In this document: in pieces, positions 10,201 through 19,421 of the stretch
Position numbering within the stretch: position 1 is the first letter of the stretch
Layout: each line of letters starts with the position of its first letter
Source: a virus
Taxonomy: Duplodnaviria; Caudoviricetes
Length of the DNA stretch: 56,425 nt
Virus record (IMG/VR): IMGVR_UViG_3300032212_000010
Coordinates: 1-56,425 of that record
Strand: one strand, 5' to 3'
The notes under the pieces: generated by a model
What the model was told of the DNA's origin: nothing
The model's database searches: none
The model's input: the letters and a program-made list of their open reading frames with translations, nothing else
Position numbers and translations under genes: made by a program

Positions 10201-11459
10201 ACAGCCTGAATCGTGTTAACGTGCGCAATGCGACTGATGTCAACATTAACAGCACCACCGCCGTGACACTGGAAACCATTAATCAAACCGGCCAACTGAA
10301 TATTGCCGCTAATGGCATTACCACCAATACCAATCTAACTGCCAATGCAGAGCTTAATTTAAATGCGGGCACCGGCAGTTTAAATATTAATAATGATCTT
10401 ACGGTAAACAATGCGCTTGTCGATGAGCGCGTTATTTTTCTCAGCGCCGAACAGGATATTAATATTGCCGCCAATACCACCGTAACCGGATCATTTATTC
10501 TTGCTAATGCCAGTGCTGGGGATATTAATCAGGCGGGCAATATTATTCAGGATCAGACAACCGGAGATGGGAACGTTTATCTAATCGACCTGAATGCTCA
10601 ATCCATTATTATGAGCGGAACCGCATCAACCCAGGCAACCAATGAAATTTTTTATACGTCAACGGATGATCAATCCATCACATCACTTTCCGCAAACGTT
10701 GTTTCCCTCACATCAAATAGCGGTGCCATTACAGATGCGAATGGTGATGAGATAAATATCAATGCAGGGGGGCTTTTCATTAACGCTGACAGCGGGATTG
10801 GTATGGGCGATACCTTTGAGACCTCAGTTTCTGAATTAAACATCACCAATAATGGTGCCGTTATTGGCACCCGCACCGACAACAATGGCAACATCATTGA
10901 CATCAGAAGCTCTATTAATCTTAATAATGTAGGCGATGTACTTGTCACCAACCTGGTTAATACCGGCGATATTAATTTCAATAACACCACCGATGTGACG
11001 GTTGATAAAATTGATGCGGGACTTACCGTCGGTAGAGTCACCATGAATGTTGACAATGGTTCGGTGTTTGGAATTGATCGTGGCATTGGTAATGGCTTTT
11101 TAAACATTCCAGACATCACCGCCGATGTCGGTGTATTCTCTACTAACGGTAACTTTGGTACCTTTGAGAGACCCATCGTACTCAATATAAATTCCGAGTT
11201 CGTATTAAGCGGCATCATCAGTAGTACTTTTTTCCCCAATGGCAAGCCGCCCATTTATGTTGATACATCTGATATCAGTTTTGATATTTTTGATTCCATT
11301 AACAGCGTATCCGGGCAGCAGTTAATCGAAGTAGAATCGGTTGCGGATATTGATAAAGCCATTTTTACAAACTTGCAAAACTTTAACTCGCAGGAAATAG
11401 CCATCCGTTTACCCCGTGATCAAATATTTGATGATGAACTGGAACAGTACGACCAGTAA
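4290..11459 (+). CDS. Filamentous haemagglutinin-family TpsA exoprotein (2389 aa)
   Basis: Signal peptide ending AHA; TPS domain (INWDTFNI...SLNRI...ILVNPNGIFFG); GGFIETSG/GLWLIDP motifs; long N/T/G-rich beta-helical repeats. Confidence 0.92.
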   Translation: MKTGNKNTAFSGSLAVISTTSQILFYSLILSNLTLTPYAHAGPTGGNIVGGAGSINQSGLNTTINQTTGSMAINWDTFNINTNERVQYLQPDVSSISLNRILDNSGSKILGSIDANGKIILVNPNGIFFGANSQVNVGSLVASGLSISPTDFMNGNYMFNEVLGSKGTVINKGLLNAASGGSITLLGKQVTNEGVISATLGRVNMAAGRQAALIFNNEGTIGVKITKEILQDELGIDPALLNSGEINAAGGQVLLTASVSRDVFSQAVNSGTLSQATSVVVNPDGSMSLKKGADVVNSGAINVSSSTDIKRAGDVVVLGENISQTGNIKADSQAGSAGNIELHAGNKVELLNTATLTARADITEPETMGTGGNIKILGDKVGLLDNSVVDVSGTHGGGEALIGGDRQGENKNIRNAEFLYMGENAKVYADAIENGNGGKIITYADNTARIHGNLFARGGELRGDGGFIETSGKLGFKISNAPDTSAVKGDGGLWLIDPRNIIIQNGDGTNDNNFLESGTTIYTSNGSLSVIETATLLTGLDSGSIEIVTGGGSSDNGDITFNANLDYNGKGTGKSLTLSAFNEINFSDNASIFDSVPLGDSLSVELQANTGGNSNNGTGNISFGTNTSINTGGGSFIASGVGFNSGTTTISVGVGSINLDGISGDVTLGDLTANGTIASNLSIQNATNIFQQSGSTIIVGRDTFLGDASTNTVSLDQPFNTFGRNIVVKADTATVTGTGRIRLDSGSNITTALNLTSTNGGTLASTNSGTISVSNGSNNAIATFNTTGDVDFNNNNNFDNVSILSARDVTLRDTSGNIALSANNGADTGGLTGKLIVTATAGDITDFGEINVGGTTDLTVGNNRNIILDEALTTLSGQITVSAGTGNSFDNLTLTDTTGISLQSVAVNNNLFLTGDTVNLGRTAGTTTAANLTVNTTSTSFLTTNPITQTNPLNISGTTTLAVSEVFQGILLSNTANDFSIVNATARTVNLSDINAISLDTINAFNLTINAAITGTGNSDTNVITNATSTSNVSVTGTANLTARNTTSNTNYSILLNSDNNNFSSVSLNNAHNVTLTDNADAINLRSLNNSLNSLNVISTGTPTTGSAIGNIGTTGVSVSGAANFTVADNQSINLNGSNTFTTDPIFSSATPDNINNLIVTDTTDFTLQDDLITLGDLNINASNIVLQNTNVGNDLTLTATAVDATPMLIGTITQSTNFATTLTLGGLSTLDARTITLNQSTNDFQGNVVVNNSLAAVNLRDSAGGIVLGDASNAFVSNRLTVISTGNISQANSITTGITSLHAGIADVLFDTSDANNFTGNISIVNANDVNINDTTATFIESASVVNDLTLNSGGALTLGSSGRTVSVGNDLIANAAGAISQTGNSSTLTVTGSTQFTTAIDQSITLKNTTNRFSDINIISAGNVDLLDSADALSLQGDVTGFLNVRANGTNTAGFVITTPAELNVTGLATFTVVGGESINLNTAGNTFLSDPIFNTVNTGDRINHLLINDDTALTFQNNLNLDGDLTVNATGITFNNTQLFAGELLATSSTGPIQQTANTTLTVFGSSTLDGGTGGINLGEANNFQSTVFLTTNSPDTINLPSNVIIRDANALNIGTSTIAGDLTVTANIVTQSNDTIDGNGDGISVANAASFTLADNSSITLDNIDNQFNSISFSATTTGAILNNITISNSGALDLQGIQSNNLNATSLGNITQNNLTGNGALTINNLMQLDGSNITLNNVANNFNDVTILSGLAVSITDRNALNFMATSNINDSLTLEVLTGDISNDVAASLNITNNALLTARNGDIVLDSGLHDFNSVQLTSSGDVTLTDTNAIDLRNSIINGDLLISADTSMGGVDNNIINTSGNIQVDGSSRFISSAGADILLARTGSNHAFTGNISATGANSTRLNDVQINNSNDTRLQDITATNLQIDTSSNIIDVGIIDISNLTDLSTSADINLADTLSDNSLNRVNVRNATDVNINSTTAVTLETINQTGQLNIAANGITTNTNLTANAELNLNAGTGSLNINNDLTVNNALVDERVIFLSAEQDINIAANTTVTGSFILANASAGDINQAGNIIQDQTTGDGNVYLIDLNAQSIIMSGTASTQATNEIFYTSTDDQSITSLSANVVSLTSNSGAITDANGDEININAGGLFINADSGIGMGDTFETSVSELNITNNGAVIGTRTDNNGNIIDIRSSINLNNVGDVLVTNLVNTGDINFNNTTDVTVDKIDAGLTVGRVTMNVDNGSVFGIDRGIGNGFLNIPDITADVGVFSTNGNFGTFERPIVLNINSEFVLSGIISSTFFPNGKPPIYVDTSDISFDIFDSINSVSGQQLIEVESVADIDKAIFTNLQNFNSQEIAIRLPRDQIFDDELEQYDQ

Positions 11460-11504
11460 CACTTTTCACTTACCCATCATCAATCATATAAAACAGGGAC
11501 TGCT

Positions 11505-13403
11505 TTGTTGCGTACAACTTCTTATCTATTAATCTTTATTATCGGCTCCACTTTAACTGCCACCCCTTCATTTGCAGGGTTTCTGGATATGCCAGAAATC
11601 ACCCAAATGCCTGAGCTAAAACGCGAATCTTTACTTAAAGATTTAGATGTCCCCAGTGTGCGTGATCGCGACCCCGACCCCGAATCAGGGCCACGTCTAA
11701 ATGTGACTCGTTTTAAATTGCAGGGCATTGTTGAGTTTCCCGAGCTGGGCATTACAAAATTAAACATTGAAAAATTAATCGAACGTTATCGCTTTGAATT
11801 AATGCAGGAATATAAACTCATGGAGTCCGGTTATACCGAAGCGGAAGTCAATGCGGTAATTGACCTGCTTGTTGAAATCGAAAAAGAAACCCTGGATCGG
11901 CACGTTACCGATCTTGAGCTACAAAAACTGGTGTGGCTCATTCGCGAGCAACGCTCAAAGCGCGGTATTACATTAGGCGCAATCGAAACTGTTGCCGATA
12001 AAATCACTCAGTTTTATCGTGAGCGGGGGTTTATACTGGCAAAGGCCTATATTCCTGAACAGGAAATTCGCGATGGCATTGTCACCCTCACATTACTACT
12101 GGGGGCACTGGGTGAAGTTAAAGTAAACGACAATGAAATGTATAACGAAAAAATTATATCATCTGTTTTTGATGACATGCTCACAATGCCCGTTACCAGT
12201 GATGCAGTTGAAGAAAATTTGTATTTAATCAATGACTTTCCCGGTCTGGCAGTAGTCGGTTTATTTGAACCCGGCGCACAGGTGGGTGACACTTTGCTTA
12301 ATCTCAACGTTAAAGCCGAACAGCGCTACCATGCTAATATTCGCTATGATAATCATGGCACGGATGAAACTGGTAACCAGCGACTTTATGGTGAGGTATT
12401 AATCAATAATTTAGCGGGGCAGGCAGATGTGTTACATATTGGCGCATTGAATGCATTCTCGCCCAGCAATACTACCTACTACCAGTTACGGTACTCATTA
12501 AATTTATTCAGTCCGCGTTGGCGATTGATTATGGGTGCGACTCAAAACCAGTTTGTACTGGCACAAAATCAGGCTGATTTTCTTGGCACTTTAGAGCTGG
12601 GGGGTGAAACGGAACAAACCGATATTAGTGTGCAATATAAATTAAAACGCAGCCGTGTTGAAAACTATAACCTTGAACTGGTACGAGAAAACATTCTTTC
12701 TGACTTACAGCTGGGCAACATTCCCGACCCCGGCGGATTACTTGATGATGAAATCACCAATAACAAGCTTATTTTTAATTACGATATTTTGCAGGAAAGT
12801 AGCCAGATACTCCATCAGGGATTTGTGAGCGTCACCTCTGGCGAGTTTTTAAAAGGTATCGACCTGGGGCAGGATAAAAACTTTAACGTCTTACATTCTG
12901 ACTATACACTGATGACTTTTCTTAAGGTGCCCTATTTCGATTCAGAATCACGGTTGATCTTTAGAACCTCACTGCAATACACCGACTCAGCATTATCTTC
13001 TATCAGTCAGTTCTTTTTAGGTGGTCCAACCCGAGCCCGTGGTTATCCCGTCGATCAGTTTTCAGCCGATAATGCTGCTTATGCCGGTGTCGATTGGGTA
13101 CTACATTTTCCTTCATGGTTAGACTTTAATATTGGAAACGCATTGAGTTTAAAAGATATTGGCCAGCCTTTCTTTTTTGCCGATGCTGCTTATGGTGTTA
13201 AAAAAGCATTAAAAGCATCTAATGAAGATAGCAAGGCCACCCTGTATGATATTGGCATTGGCTTTCGTGTTTTTTATCAGAATACATTTCAGGGGAATAT
13301 TCAATTTGCTTTTCCTGTGAGCAATGACTTTAGTGATGTTGACCTGGAGCAGCCTGATGATAGCATCAGGGTGGTATTTGATTTTCAGTATAGTTTTAAA
13401 TAA
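11505..13403 (+). CDS. TpsB (ShlB/FhaC/HecB) outer-membrane transporter
   Basis: Signal peptide; POTRA motif (ITQFYRERGFILAKAYIPEQEIRDGIV); DNHG; loop-6 FFLGGPTRARGY; C-terminal FQYSF. Confidence 0.92.
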   Translation: MLRTTSYLLIFIIGSTLTATPSFAGFLDMPEITQMPELKRESLLKDLDVPSVRDRDPDPESGPRLNVTRFKLQGIVEFPELGITKLNIEKLIERYRFELMQEYKLMESGYTEAEVNAVIDLLVEIEKETLDRHVTDLELQKLVWLIREQRSKRGITLGAIETVADKITQFYRERGFILAKAYIPEQEIRDGIVTLTLLLGALGEVKVNDNEMYNEKIISSVFDDMLTMPVTSDAVEENLYLINDFPGLAVVGLFEPGAQVGDTLLNLNVKAEQRYHANIRYDNHGTDETGNQRLYGEVLINNLAGQADVLHIGALNAFSPSNTTYYQLRYSLNLFSPRWRLIMGATQNQFVLAQNQADFLGTLELGGETEQTDISVQYKLKRSRVENYNLELVRENILSDLQLGNIPDPGGLLDDEITNNKLIFNYDILQESSQILHQGFVSVTSGEFLKGIDLGQDKNFNVLHSDYTLMTFLKVPYFDSESRLIFRTSLQYTDSALSSISQFFLGGPTRARGYPVDQFSADNAAYAGVDWVLHFPSWLDFNIGNALSLKDIGQPFFFADAAYGVKKALKASNEDSKATLYDIGIGFRVFYQNTFQGNIQFAFPVSNDFSDVDLEQPDDSIRVVFDFQYSFK

Positions 13404-13530
13404 CACATTACCTTTTATTAGTTTAATGCCGATCTAATACAAATGGGACATCATACCCCACTACTTTTTAATTTTTTATTAATCATTAAAACAAATCTCA
13501 TCTATTTTCTTTTTAATTCATTCTAAACTT

Positions 13531-14205
13531 TTATCTAATCATCAAATCAACCCCCGAATACCGCGTAATCATCGCAAAAATTTTACTCTCTGTGACCAAT
13601 GCACCCACCGCATTGGTTGAGGCCGCTTCCAGTCGCAAGCTTAAGTTCCCACCTCGTAACACTAATAGTTTAGTGGTTGGGTTATCGAAGGTATTTCGAA
13701 AAATTTCAGCTGCACGTACATAAAAGTTCCATGATATACCCCCATTAAAAAGCTGCGTATCATATGAGCGAATTTGTGCTGTACCTAATGTTCGCATTCT
13801 TACTGTTACAAAACCATCCGCCCGCGCACGACGTATATCGGGCCGACATTGTACATCAATAATATCCCCTGCCTGTACGGGGCCTATTTCCAGAAGATTA
13901 ATAGTTTGCCCGCCACTGCCGGTTAGAATTCTATTCCACTCACCTGGCCCATGCCGGGTAATTTCCATTGTCGGCACCGGGGGTACCACAACGGGCGGCC
14001 CAATCATTTCACTAATGGCTTCCTGTAGTTGCCCATCGTTCTGCTCATCCAGTGTTAACCCGGCTCCCTCCACCACATTCACCAACTCACGCTGCACAGT
14101 GTTCATATATTTGGCTTCGAGCGTGGTTGCCGGTACACCGCTTTGTGGATCACCATCGGTAAATTCATTCGCCGGCGTTGCCCCCGGCGCATCTACTTTA
14201 TGCAT
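13531..14205 (-). CDS. Tail fibre / receptor-binding protein (short)
   Basis: N-terminus FTDGDPQSGVPAT...MNTVQRELVNVVEGAGLTLD...QLQEAI typical of fibres following gp48-like genes. Confidence 0.75.
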   Translation of the reverse strand: MHKVDAPGATPANEFTDGDPQSGVPATTLEAKYMNTVQRELVNVVEGAGLTLDEQNDGQLQEAISEMIGPPVVVPPVPTMEITRHGPGEWNRILTGSGGQTINLLEIGPVQAGDIIDVQCRPDIRRARADGFVTVRMRTLGTAQIRSYDTQLFNGGISWNFYVRAAEIFRNTFDNPTTKLLVLRGGNLSLRLEAASTNAVGALVTESKIFAMITRYSGVDLMIR

Positions 14206-14243
14206 ATATCACTCCTAATCTTTCGTTTAAATTTCAGACGCAG

Positions 14244-14837
14244 TTATGATGAACGATTAAAGCCAAACACAACAAACGTATGCGCCGGTTTTACCCGGCT
14301 AATCGCACATTCTAAAATTTCATTTCCCCACAAACGCAACGGTTCCCCCATGCCACTTTGCCCGATTGTAAAAACACGTACCGTCACCGCGGGTGCATTC
14401 ACCCGCCAGGTAAATTGCCAGTCGTTTCCATTGATACTGTCCCCCATGTGTGACGTGCCCACCCGAAACGGTTTGAACTCAGTGATGGTAACGTCATAAC
14501 CCAACGCATTGGCAACCTCGATATAATAACGGGGTGAGAGTGATGCAAGACGGGTGAGTTTTTCCACTACGGCTAAACGACGCTGTTGCAGTGTTTGTGT
14601 GAGATTCACACAGGGATCGGGTAAGCCCGTTACGGTTTCCCATTCATTGATGAGCTCCACAGAGGTACGTGGATCAACTTCGTTTATTAATTGCAGTGAA
14701 CGCGCATGCAACCGAGTAAACTCTAACGCCATGCCTTCCAACAGTTTTGTAAAATTTGACTGCTCGGCTATTTCCCAAAGTTTTCCTTTGGGTAATAAAC
14801 TTTTTAACAACCGAACATAATCCTCCACTATTGCCAT
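14244..14837 (-). CDS. Baseplate wedge protein, Mu gp48/YmfQ-like (DUF2313)
   Basis: LLP.G..W, WE...GLPD.C, LEC.I...KPAHT; gene order. Confidence 0.85.
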   Translation of the reverse strand: MAIVEDYVRLLKSLLPKGKLWEIAEQSNFTKLLEGMALEFTRLHARSLQLINEVDPRTSVELINEWETVTGLPDPCVNLTQTLQQRRLAVVEKLTRLASLSPRYYIEVANALGYDVTITEFKPFRVGTSHMGDSINGNDWQFTWRVNAPAVTVRVFTIGQSGMGEPLRLWGNEILECAISRVKPAHTFVVFGFNRSS

Positions 14838-15880
14838 GTCATATTCCCTAACGTTGCTATTTGATTTTCACCTAAGATGATGGATGCAACCGGTAATACC
14901 AAAACATGATCGACCTCACCCGCCGCAATACTGATCGCTTCATTAATATGGCTGAGCAAAATGGTGTGTCCGGGTTGTGACTCTCGCCTGAATAAATCCA
15001 GTAACTCATTGCGAACCGCTTGCTGCACATCATTCACATTCGGTGATAAGCGAATAATAAAATTAACCTCCACATTAATTGGTGCGAACACCGACACATT
15101 CACCATCAGTGGACGGTTCACTTCAACCACAGCCCGCACCTCGGCCACCTTTAACTCATCCGGGATAATGTTTGGCGCATTGTCGGTGACAAAGGACACC
15201 CCCACCGTGCCACCGCCTAAATAGTTTTCAAACACAAAGGCGCGGGTCACCCCCGGCACACTTAATGCCCATTGGCGATAGTCTTCAACGGTGCCACCCT
15301 GCGCCGGTGTTTGTATACGGGCCATTAATCGCGCACGTAACGCCGTATCGTTTTCAATATCTGATCCGTTCACTAAGCCATTGTTATCAATCACCGCGAC
15401 GGTTTGAACACCGGCGATGGGTGAGATAAGTGAAAGATGCGTTCCGGCCTGTGCATTACTGTTTATGCCCCCCTCAATGGCTGACACGGGCACATTGATG
15501 AAGCCTGCTATGATGATCGCGTTTTGAGTCGTTTGATATTCAGCTCCGTCGTTACGTTGCAAAATCGTTCCCGATAAAATCACACGGCCATCGGCTCCAT
15601 TAAATGTCACTACACCACTGGCAACACCCGCCGGTTTTCGGGTGATTTTCCAAAGCGAGGCCCAACGATCTAAAAACCGTTCCTCGGCGGTTAATGGATG
15701 TGCCTGCTCTGCAATCGTATCCAGATAGCCGTACAGAGAATGCACCGCCGCGGCATACACATGGGCTAAAATACCCACCACTGAACGGCGCAGCACGGCA
15801 CCGGTTAAACCTAAGCGGGTTTTCAAATCCGTGCCAATACGCTCAATCAACTGCGTCAGCGTTGGGCGAGAGAATGCCAT
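14828..15880 (-). CDS. Baseplate J / Mu gp47-like protein
   Basis: RPTL..LI; GSDIENDTALRARL...PAQGG...DYRQWALSVPGVTRA. Confidence 0.88.
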   Translation of the reverse strand: MAFSRPTLTQLIERIGTDLKTRLGLTGAVLRRSVVGILAHVYAAAVHSLYGYLDTIAEQAHPLTAEERFLDRWASLWKITRKPAGVASGVVTFNGADGRVILSGTILQRNDGAEYQTTQNAIIIAGFINVPVSAIEGGINSNAQAGTHLSLISPIAGVQTVAVIDNNGLVNGSDIENDTALRARLMARIQTPAQGGTVEDYRQWALSVPGVTRAFVFENYLGGGTVGVSFVTDNAPNIIPDELKVAEVRAVVEVNRPLMVNVSVFAPINVEVNFIIRLSPNVNDVQQAVRNELLDLFRRESQPGHTILLSHINEAISIAAGEVDHVLVLPVASIILGENQIATLGNMTWQ

Positions 15881-15915
15881 AAACATGACCTTTTTAATTT
15901 AATATAAAGATGTTT

Positions 15916-16419
15916 TTATGAATGTTTTAAAGATTGCTCACGCCAGTTAATTTCCCATGCCAATGCAACTCGAACGTTAGCGTCATCACCTAAGCGATTA
16001 GCAAACGGTGGACGTGTGATGAAAATTTTTATTTGTAAGGTTTCCCGATCCAGAAACCGCACATCGGATTGAATCGCTTTGGCTACTCCATCATCGAGCA
16101 TCCATTGCAAGGCTTCGGCGATCATTTCCTTTGCCCGGTTCACAACACCGGATGCAGATTTTTCCCGCGACAATAACCACAGCCGGGAGCCGATCAAATT
16201 ATTTTCAACCTCAGGGTAACTGTCTATCCAGCACCCGCGTTTATCGTCAACGCCGTCAGCCAAAAAATCATAAAGGCGCGCATCATCATTCGATGCGCGC
16301 CGATCCGTAAACAATGAAATAGACACCGCGGTTTCTAAACCCTTATCGGTGTTTATGTCATTCAGCTGTACACTCAGGTCGGTTTCCAGGCCAGTAAAAA
16401 TAAATGCTATATCCGTCAT
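15916..16419 (-). CDS. Mu gp46-like baseplate protein
   Basis: LETAVSISLFTDRRA...RGCWID...IGSRLWLLSREK...EALQWMLDDGVA. Confidence 0.88.
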   Translation of the reverse strand: MTDIAFIFTGLETDLSVQLNDINTDKGLETAVSISLFTDRRASNDDARLYDFLADGVDDKRGCWIDSYPEVENNLIGSRLWLLSREKSASGVVNRAKEMIAEALQWMLDDGVAKAIQSDVRFLDRETLQIKIFITRPPFANRLGDDANVRVALAWEINWREQSLKHS

Positions 16420-16495
16420 GGTTTTTAAAACGTTTTAAGTTAAAGAGACGTAACAAGAGAAACAAGAAAATAGACATAAAAAGAGAAAAACAAAA

Positions 16496-17074
16496 CTACA
16501 TGGGAGGTGCAGGCCCACTGGATGCACCATGCTTATGTCCGTTATACACATCACGCATACCTTGCATAGTGCCCGTTGAATCGGCAACGGATGTAGCCGA
16601 TGACAATGCCCCCTGAACCTGAGCCGCACCCGCAACACTGACATTGCCATCAATCGACACATTGCCGGTGATGGTTGTGTCAGGCGCATTAATCGTTACC
16701 GACGTTGCGCTTTTAATGTCTATTTTGTTACCCCGTTTAAGCTGAATGACATCCCCCTCATCGGTATACAGTGCAACCTCGCCTTCTCCCAGTTTTTTTA
16801 AACGGTAACGCGAATCATCCACCGCAATCACTAAGCCGTGATCACGGTTGCCCCCCACAAAAACCACGGCACATTCACTTTGTGGTTTGGGGTGCGAGGT
16901 AAATCCGTATTGCTGGATGTGATTAATGTTTTCTCGTATTTCATCTTTACCCAGTTTTATTTGTAGCTTTTGAATGGACTGACTATCATCCACCGCCGTA
17001 AGGGTGGCGGGTGCGATCATCAACATCACACGACGTTGTAAGGGTTCCAGCATTTTTTTAATCGCACTCAGCAT
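16496..17074 (-). CDS. Baseplate spike, Mu gp45/gpV-like
   Basis: QQYGFTSHP...GGNRDH...GEVALY; C-terminal HxH (YNGHKH). Confidence 0.88.
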   Translation of the reverse strand: MLSAIKKMLEPLQRRVMLMIAPATLTAVDDSQSIQKLQIKLGKDEIRENINHIQQYGFTSHPKPQSECAVVFVGGNRDHGLVIAVDDSRYRLKKLGEGEVALYTDEGDVIQLKRGNKIDIKSATSVTINAPDTTITGNVSIDGNVSVAGAAQVQGALSSATSVADSTGTMQGMRDVYNGHKHGASSGPAPPM

Positions 17075-17112
17075 TTCTTTTTATCCAGAGAGTTTTAGGT
17101 ATTTATTGAGGA

Positions 17113-18201
17113 TTATGAATTGCCGCTTAAATTCCACAAATCTGTATTAGGTGGTATTTCAGGTTTAGGCTCAAACGCATCCGGGCGCATTAATGTTAAT
17201 TGCGTTGTGGTGCCGGTCTGGTTATTTTTTGAAAATGTGACACCGGTAATTAACAAATCCCCTTCTATCGAAAGCCCCTTACTTTTAACCGGCACCCTGG
17301 TATTCACCGACCACAACTCACCATTGACTTGCGTCCAGCCGGGGGTGGTGATCTGGTAGGTGCCTGAGCGCCCGGCGCGAACCACCGCCTCCCACTGCGC
17401 ACGGCTTTGTGCCTGCGCGGTTGAACCCGCCGCTTCGGCTTTTATTATTTTGGGGCGGTACCGTAAGAGGGCTTTATCTTTTGCCTCGCCTTCTATGGCG
17501 TTCGCCAATTCAGCAGGCAGGTCATCCGACCATGGGGCGGTGGCTTGTACTTTATATAAACTAAATCGGTCACTGTGATTAAACTCTGCGCTGGCCGAGA
17601 GGATGTTCTCTCCCTGAATTAATGCGGTGGCGGCACGCTTGTTTTTCTCCTGTTTGCTATTGCCCTGGACAATCACGACATCACCGTCACCATCAGACAC
17701 AATCAACACGCCGCGCAACCGCATGGCCCGTTCAATCGCTTCCCATACCGATTCACCCGGTTGAATTGAAAACACCTCTATCGGCTCGCCAACATCGGTT
17801 TCAACCTTGACTGCAATCCCGAAGGGTTTACACAAGATCGCAACAATGCGATCGAGTGTTAACTGATTAAACTCACCCGGTGTATTTATAATTGAACAGT
17901 CGACTAAATCACCGGTTTTATCTCTACCCGAAATACTTAAACCGTGCTGGCTTGAATCAAACGAAGGGCTGACTTTATCAACATAACCGGTCATGATGCG
18001 CTGATCATTTAATTCAATGGCACAGGCATCACCGGGATAAACAGGGATTGATAAAATGAATTCGGATGGTGTTTTACGGTTCGCATTCTCTGAAACACTT
18101 AATGAAAACCCCGCCGACACCGCCTGTAAATTTTTAGTGATCTGCACGGTTTGCCAGCCTGTATATTTCTGACCCTTAATAAATAAAACAACATTCGACA
18201 T
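17113..18201 (-). CDS. Baseplate hub, Mu gpP/gp44-like
   Basis: TGYVD...ISGRDKTGDLVDCS; QPGESVWEAIER; RFSLYKV. Confidence 0.88.
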   Translation of the reverse strand: MSNVVLFIKGQKYTGWQTVQITKNLQAVSAGFSLSVSENANRKTPSEFILSIPVYPGDACAIELNDQRIMTGYVDKVSPSFDSSQHGLSISGRDKTGDLVDCSIINTPGEFNQLTLDRIVAILCKPFGIAVKVETDVGEPIEVFSIQPGESVWEAIERAMRLRGVLIVSDGDGDVVIVQGNSKQEKNKRAATALIQGENILSASAEFNHSDRFSLYKVQATAPWSDDLPAELANAIEGEAKDKALLRYRPKIIKAEAAGSTAQAQSRAQWEAVVRAGRSGTYQITTPGWTQVNGELWSVNTRVPVKSKGLSIEGDLLITGVTFSKNNQTGTTTQLTLMRPDAFEPKPEIPPNTDLWNLSGNS

Positions 18202-18219
18202 CTTTATGAACCCGCTAAT

Positions 18220-19410
18220 TTATAAATCCACTAGAACTTCAAGCGCCTGTTCGGCAGGGACAAAACCCGGATGCGCTATTTTATTTTTATTACGATTAAT
18301 AATTTCTGACTCCCGCGTGGCATCACCATACACCTCATAAGCAATCACAAGGGCGGGTAAGGTTTGCTTGGGTACGTATTCAATAATCCGGGGGAGTGAT
18401 TGATCCGGGGATGGCACCGCCTGACTAAAGACACTGCGCAGGGATTGCACGTTTAAGAACACATCATCTGCCACCGCCAGTTCCAATACATCAAGGCGTT
18501 CTAACAGTTGAACGCGCACCGAAATAGCATCCTCAAAACTCGCAAAGGCAACCGCACTGGACAGACGTAGTGTTTCAACTAAAGCCATGCCCTGCACCAG
18601 TTGATTAAGCGCACGTTGATTGTTTTGCACCTGTTTACGTGAGGGGGTTATCGCCGGTGCAGGATCATCGGGTATAACCTGTGTCGCTAATGTTTGTAGT
18701 GCATTAATGGATTCAGGTGATCGACTTAGTGAACCGCTTAAGGCCGTCAGTGTTTGTTTAAAGCGATTGGCCATGCGCCCCGGCGTGGCCATGAGGTTAT
18801 AGATTGTACTTTTAAAATCATTAATGCTTTGCTGTAAATCGGCAACCGGGTTAAGAATATTGTCCGCGATGGTTTGCATTTGTGTGATGGACGCATCCAT
18901 AAAGGCCACCGCCTGACCTAATACAAACTGGGGTTGTTGCAGTACACTGAACGTGTCAGCAAATGATGTTTCCATTTCATTGAGAACCGACTCCACCTGT
19001 ACATCAACTGCTGCTGGCAAATCGATTGTCGCGGTTGGAAATTGCTGCTGACCGGCTTCATTAAAGCTGAGTGAGAAACGCGCCACCCCGCCATCATTAA
19101 TCGCTTCACGAATGCGCACCGAGGTACACAACACCTGACGTGAACCATAGTAGGGATGAATGAGCTCCCCCGGCCCTGTGCTTTCACAGGCATCGAGTAA
19201 GGCATTTTTCTGGGTGAGATAATCTGCGCCCAATACGAACGCATCCAGGGTAAAGCTTCTCGCCTGTCTGCCTAAGTCTTCAGCATATGGCACATCGCGT
19301 TGTGGATACTCATGTACGACCACCCGCCGCCCACTTTGCAGGTCCGCTGAATTAACATTGAATGCCGCCCCCTTAAAACTCGCCGGTTGTAATTCATCTC
19401 GCCATGCCAT
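18220..19410 (-). CDS. Mu N-like DNA circularisation / tail protein
   Basis: WRDELQPASFKG...GRRVVVHEYPQRD.PYAEDLGR...GPGELIHPYYG; C-terminal HPGFVP. Confidence 0.9.
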   Translation of the reverse strand: MAWRDELQPASFKGAAFNVNSADLQSGRRVVVHEYPQRDVPYAEDLGRQARSFTLDAFVLGADYLTQKNALLDACESTGPGELIHPYYGSRQVLCTSVRIREAINDGGVARFSLSFNEAGQQQFPTATIDLPAAVDVQVESVLNEMETSFADTFSVLQQPQFVLGQAVAFMDASITQMQTIADNILNPVADLQQSINDFKSTIYNLMATPGRMANRFKQTLTALSGSLSRSPESINALQTLATQVIPDDPAPAITPSRKQVQNNQRALNQLVQGMALVETLRLSSAVAFASFEDAISVRVQLLERLDVLELAVADDVFLNVQSLRSVFSQAVPSPDQSLPRIIEYVPKQTLPALVIAYEVYGDATRESEIINRNKNKIAHPGFVPAEQALEVLVDL

Positions 19411-19421
19411 TTAATTTCACC

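Noticed and set aside
4547-11254. Many antisense ORFs within tpsA
   Set aside because: Shadow frames from repetitive N/T/G/S codon use; no SDs or family features
4290-11459. CdiA contact-dependent toxin
   Set aside because: No VENN/ELYN-type pre-toxin motif, no recognisable toxin tip, and the next gene is tpsB rather than an immunity gene
13531-14205. Tail-fibre diversification (DGR or invertase)
   Set aside because: No reverse transcriptase, template repeat, invertase or second fibre end seen in the window
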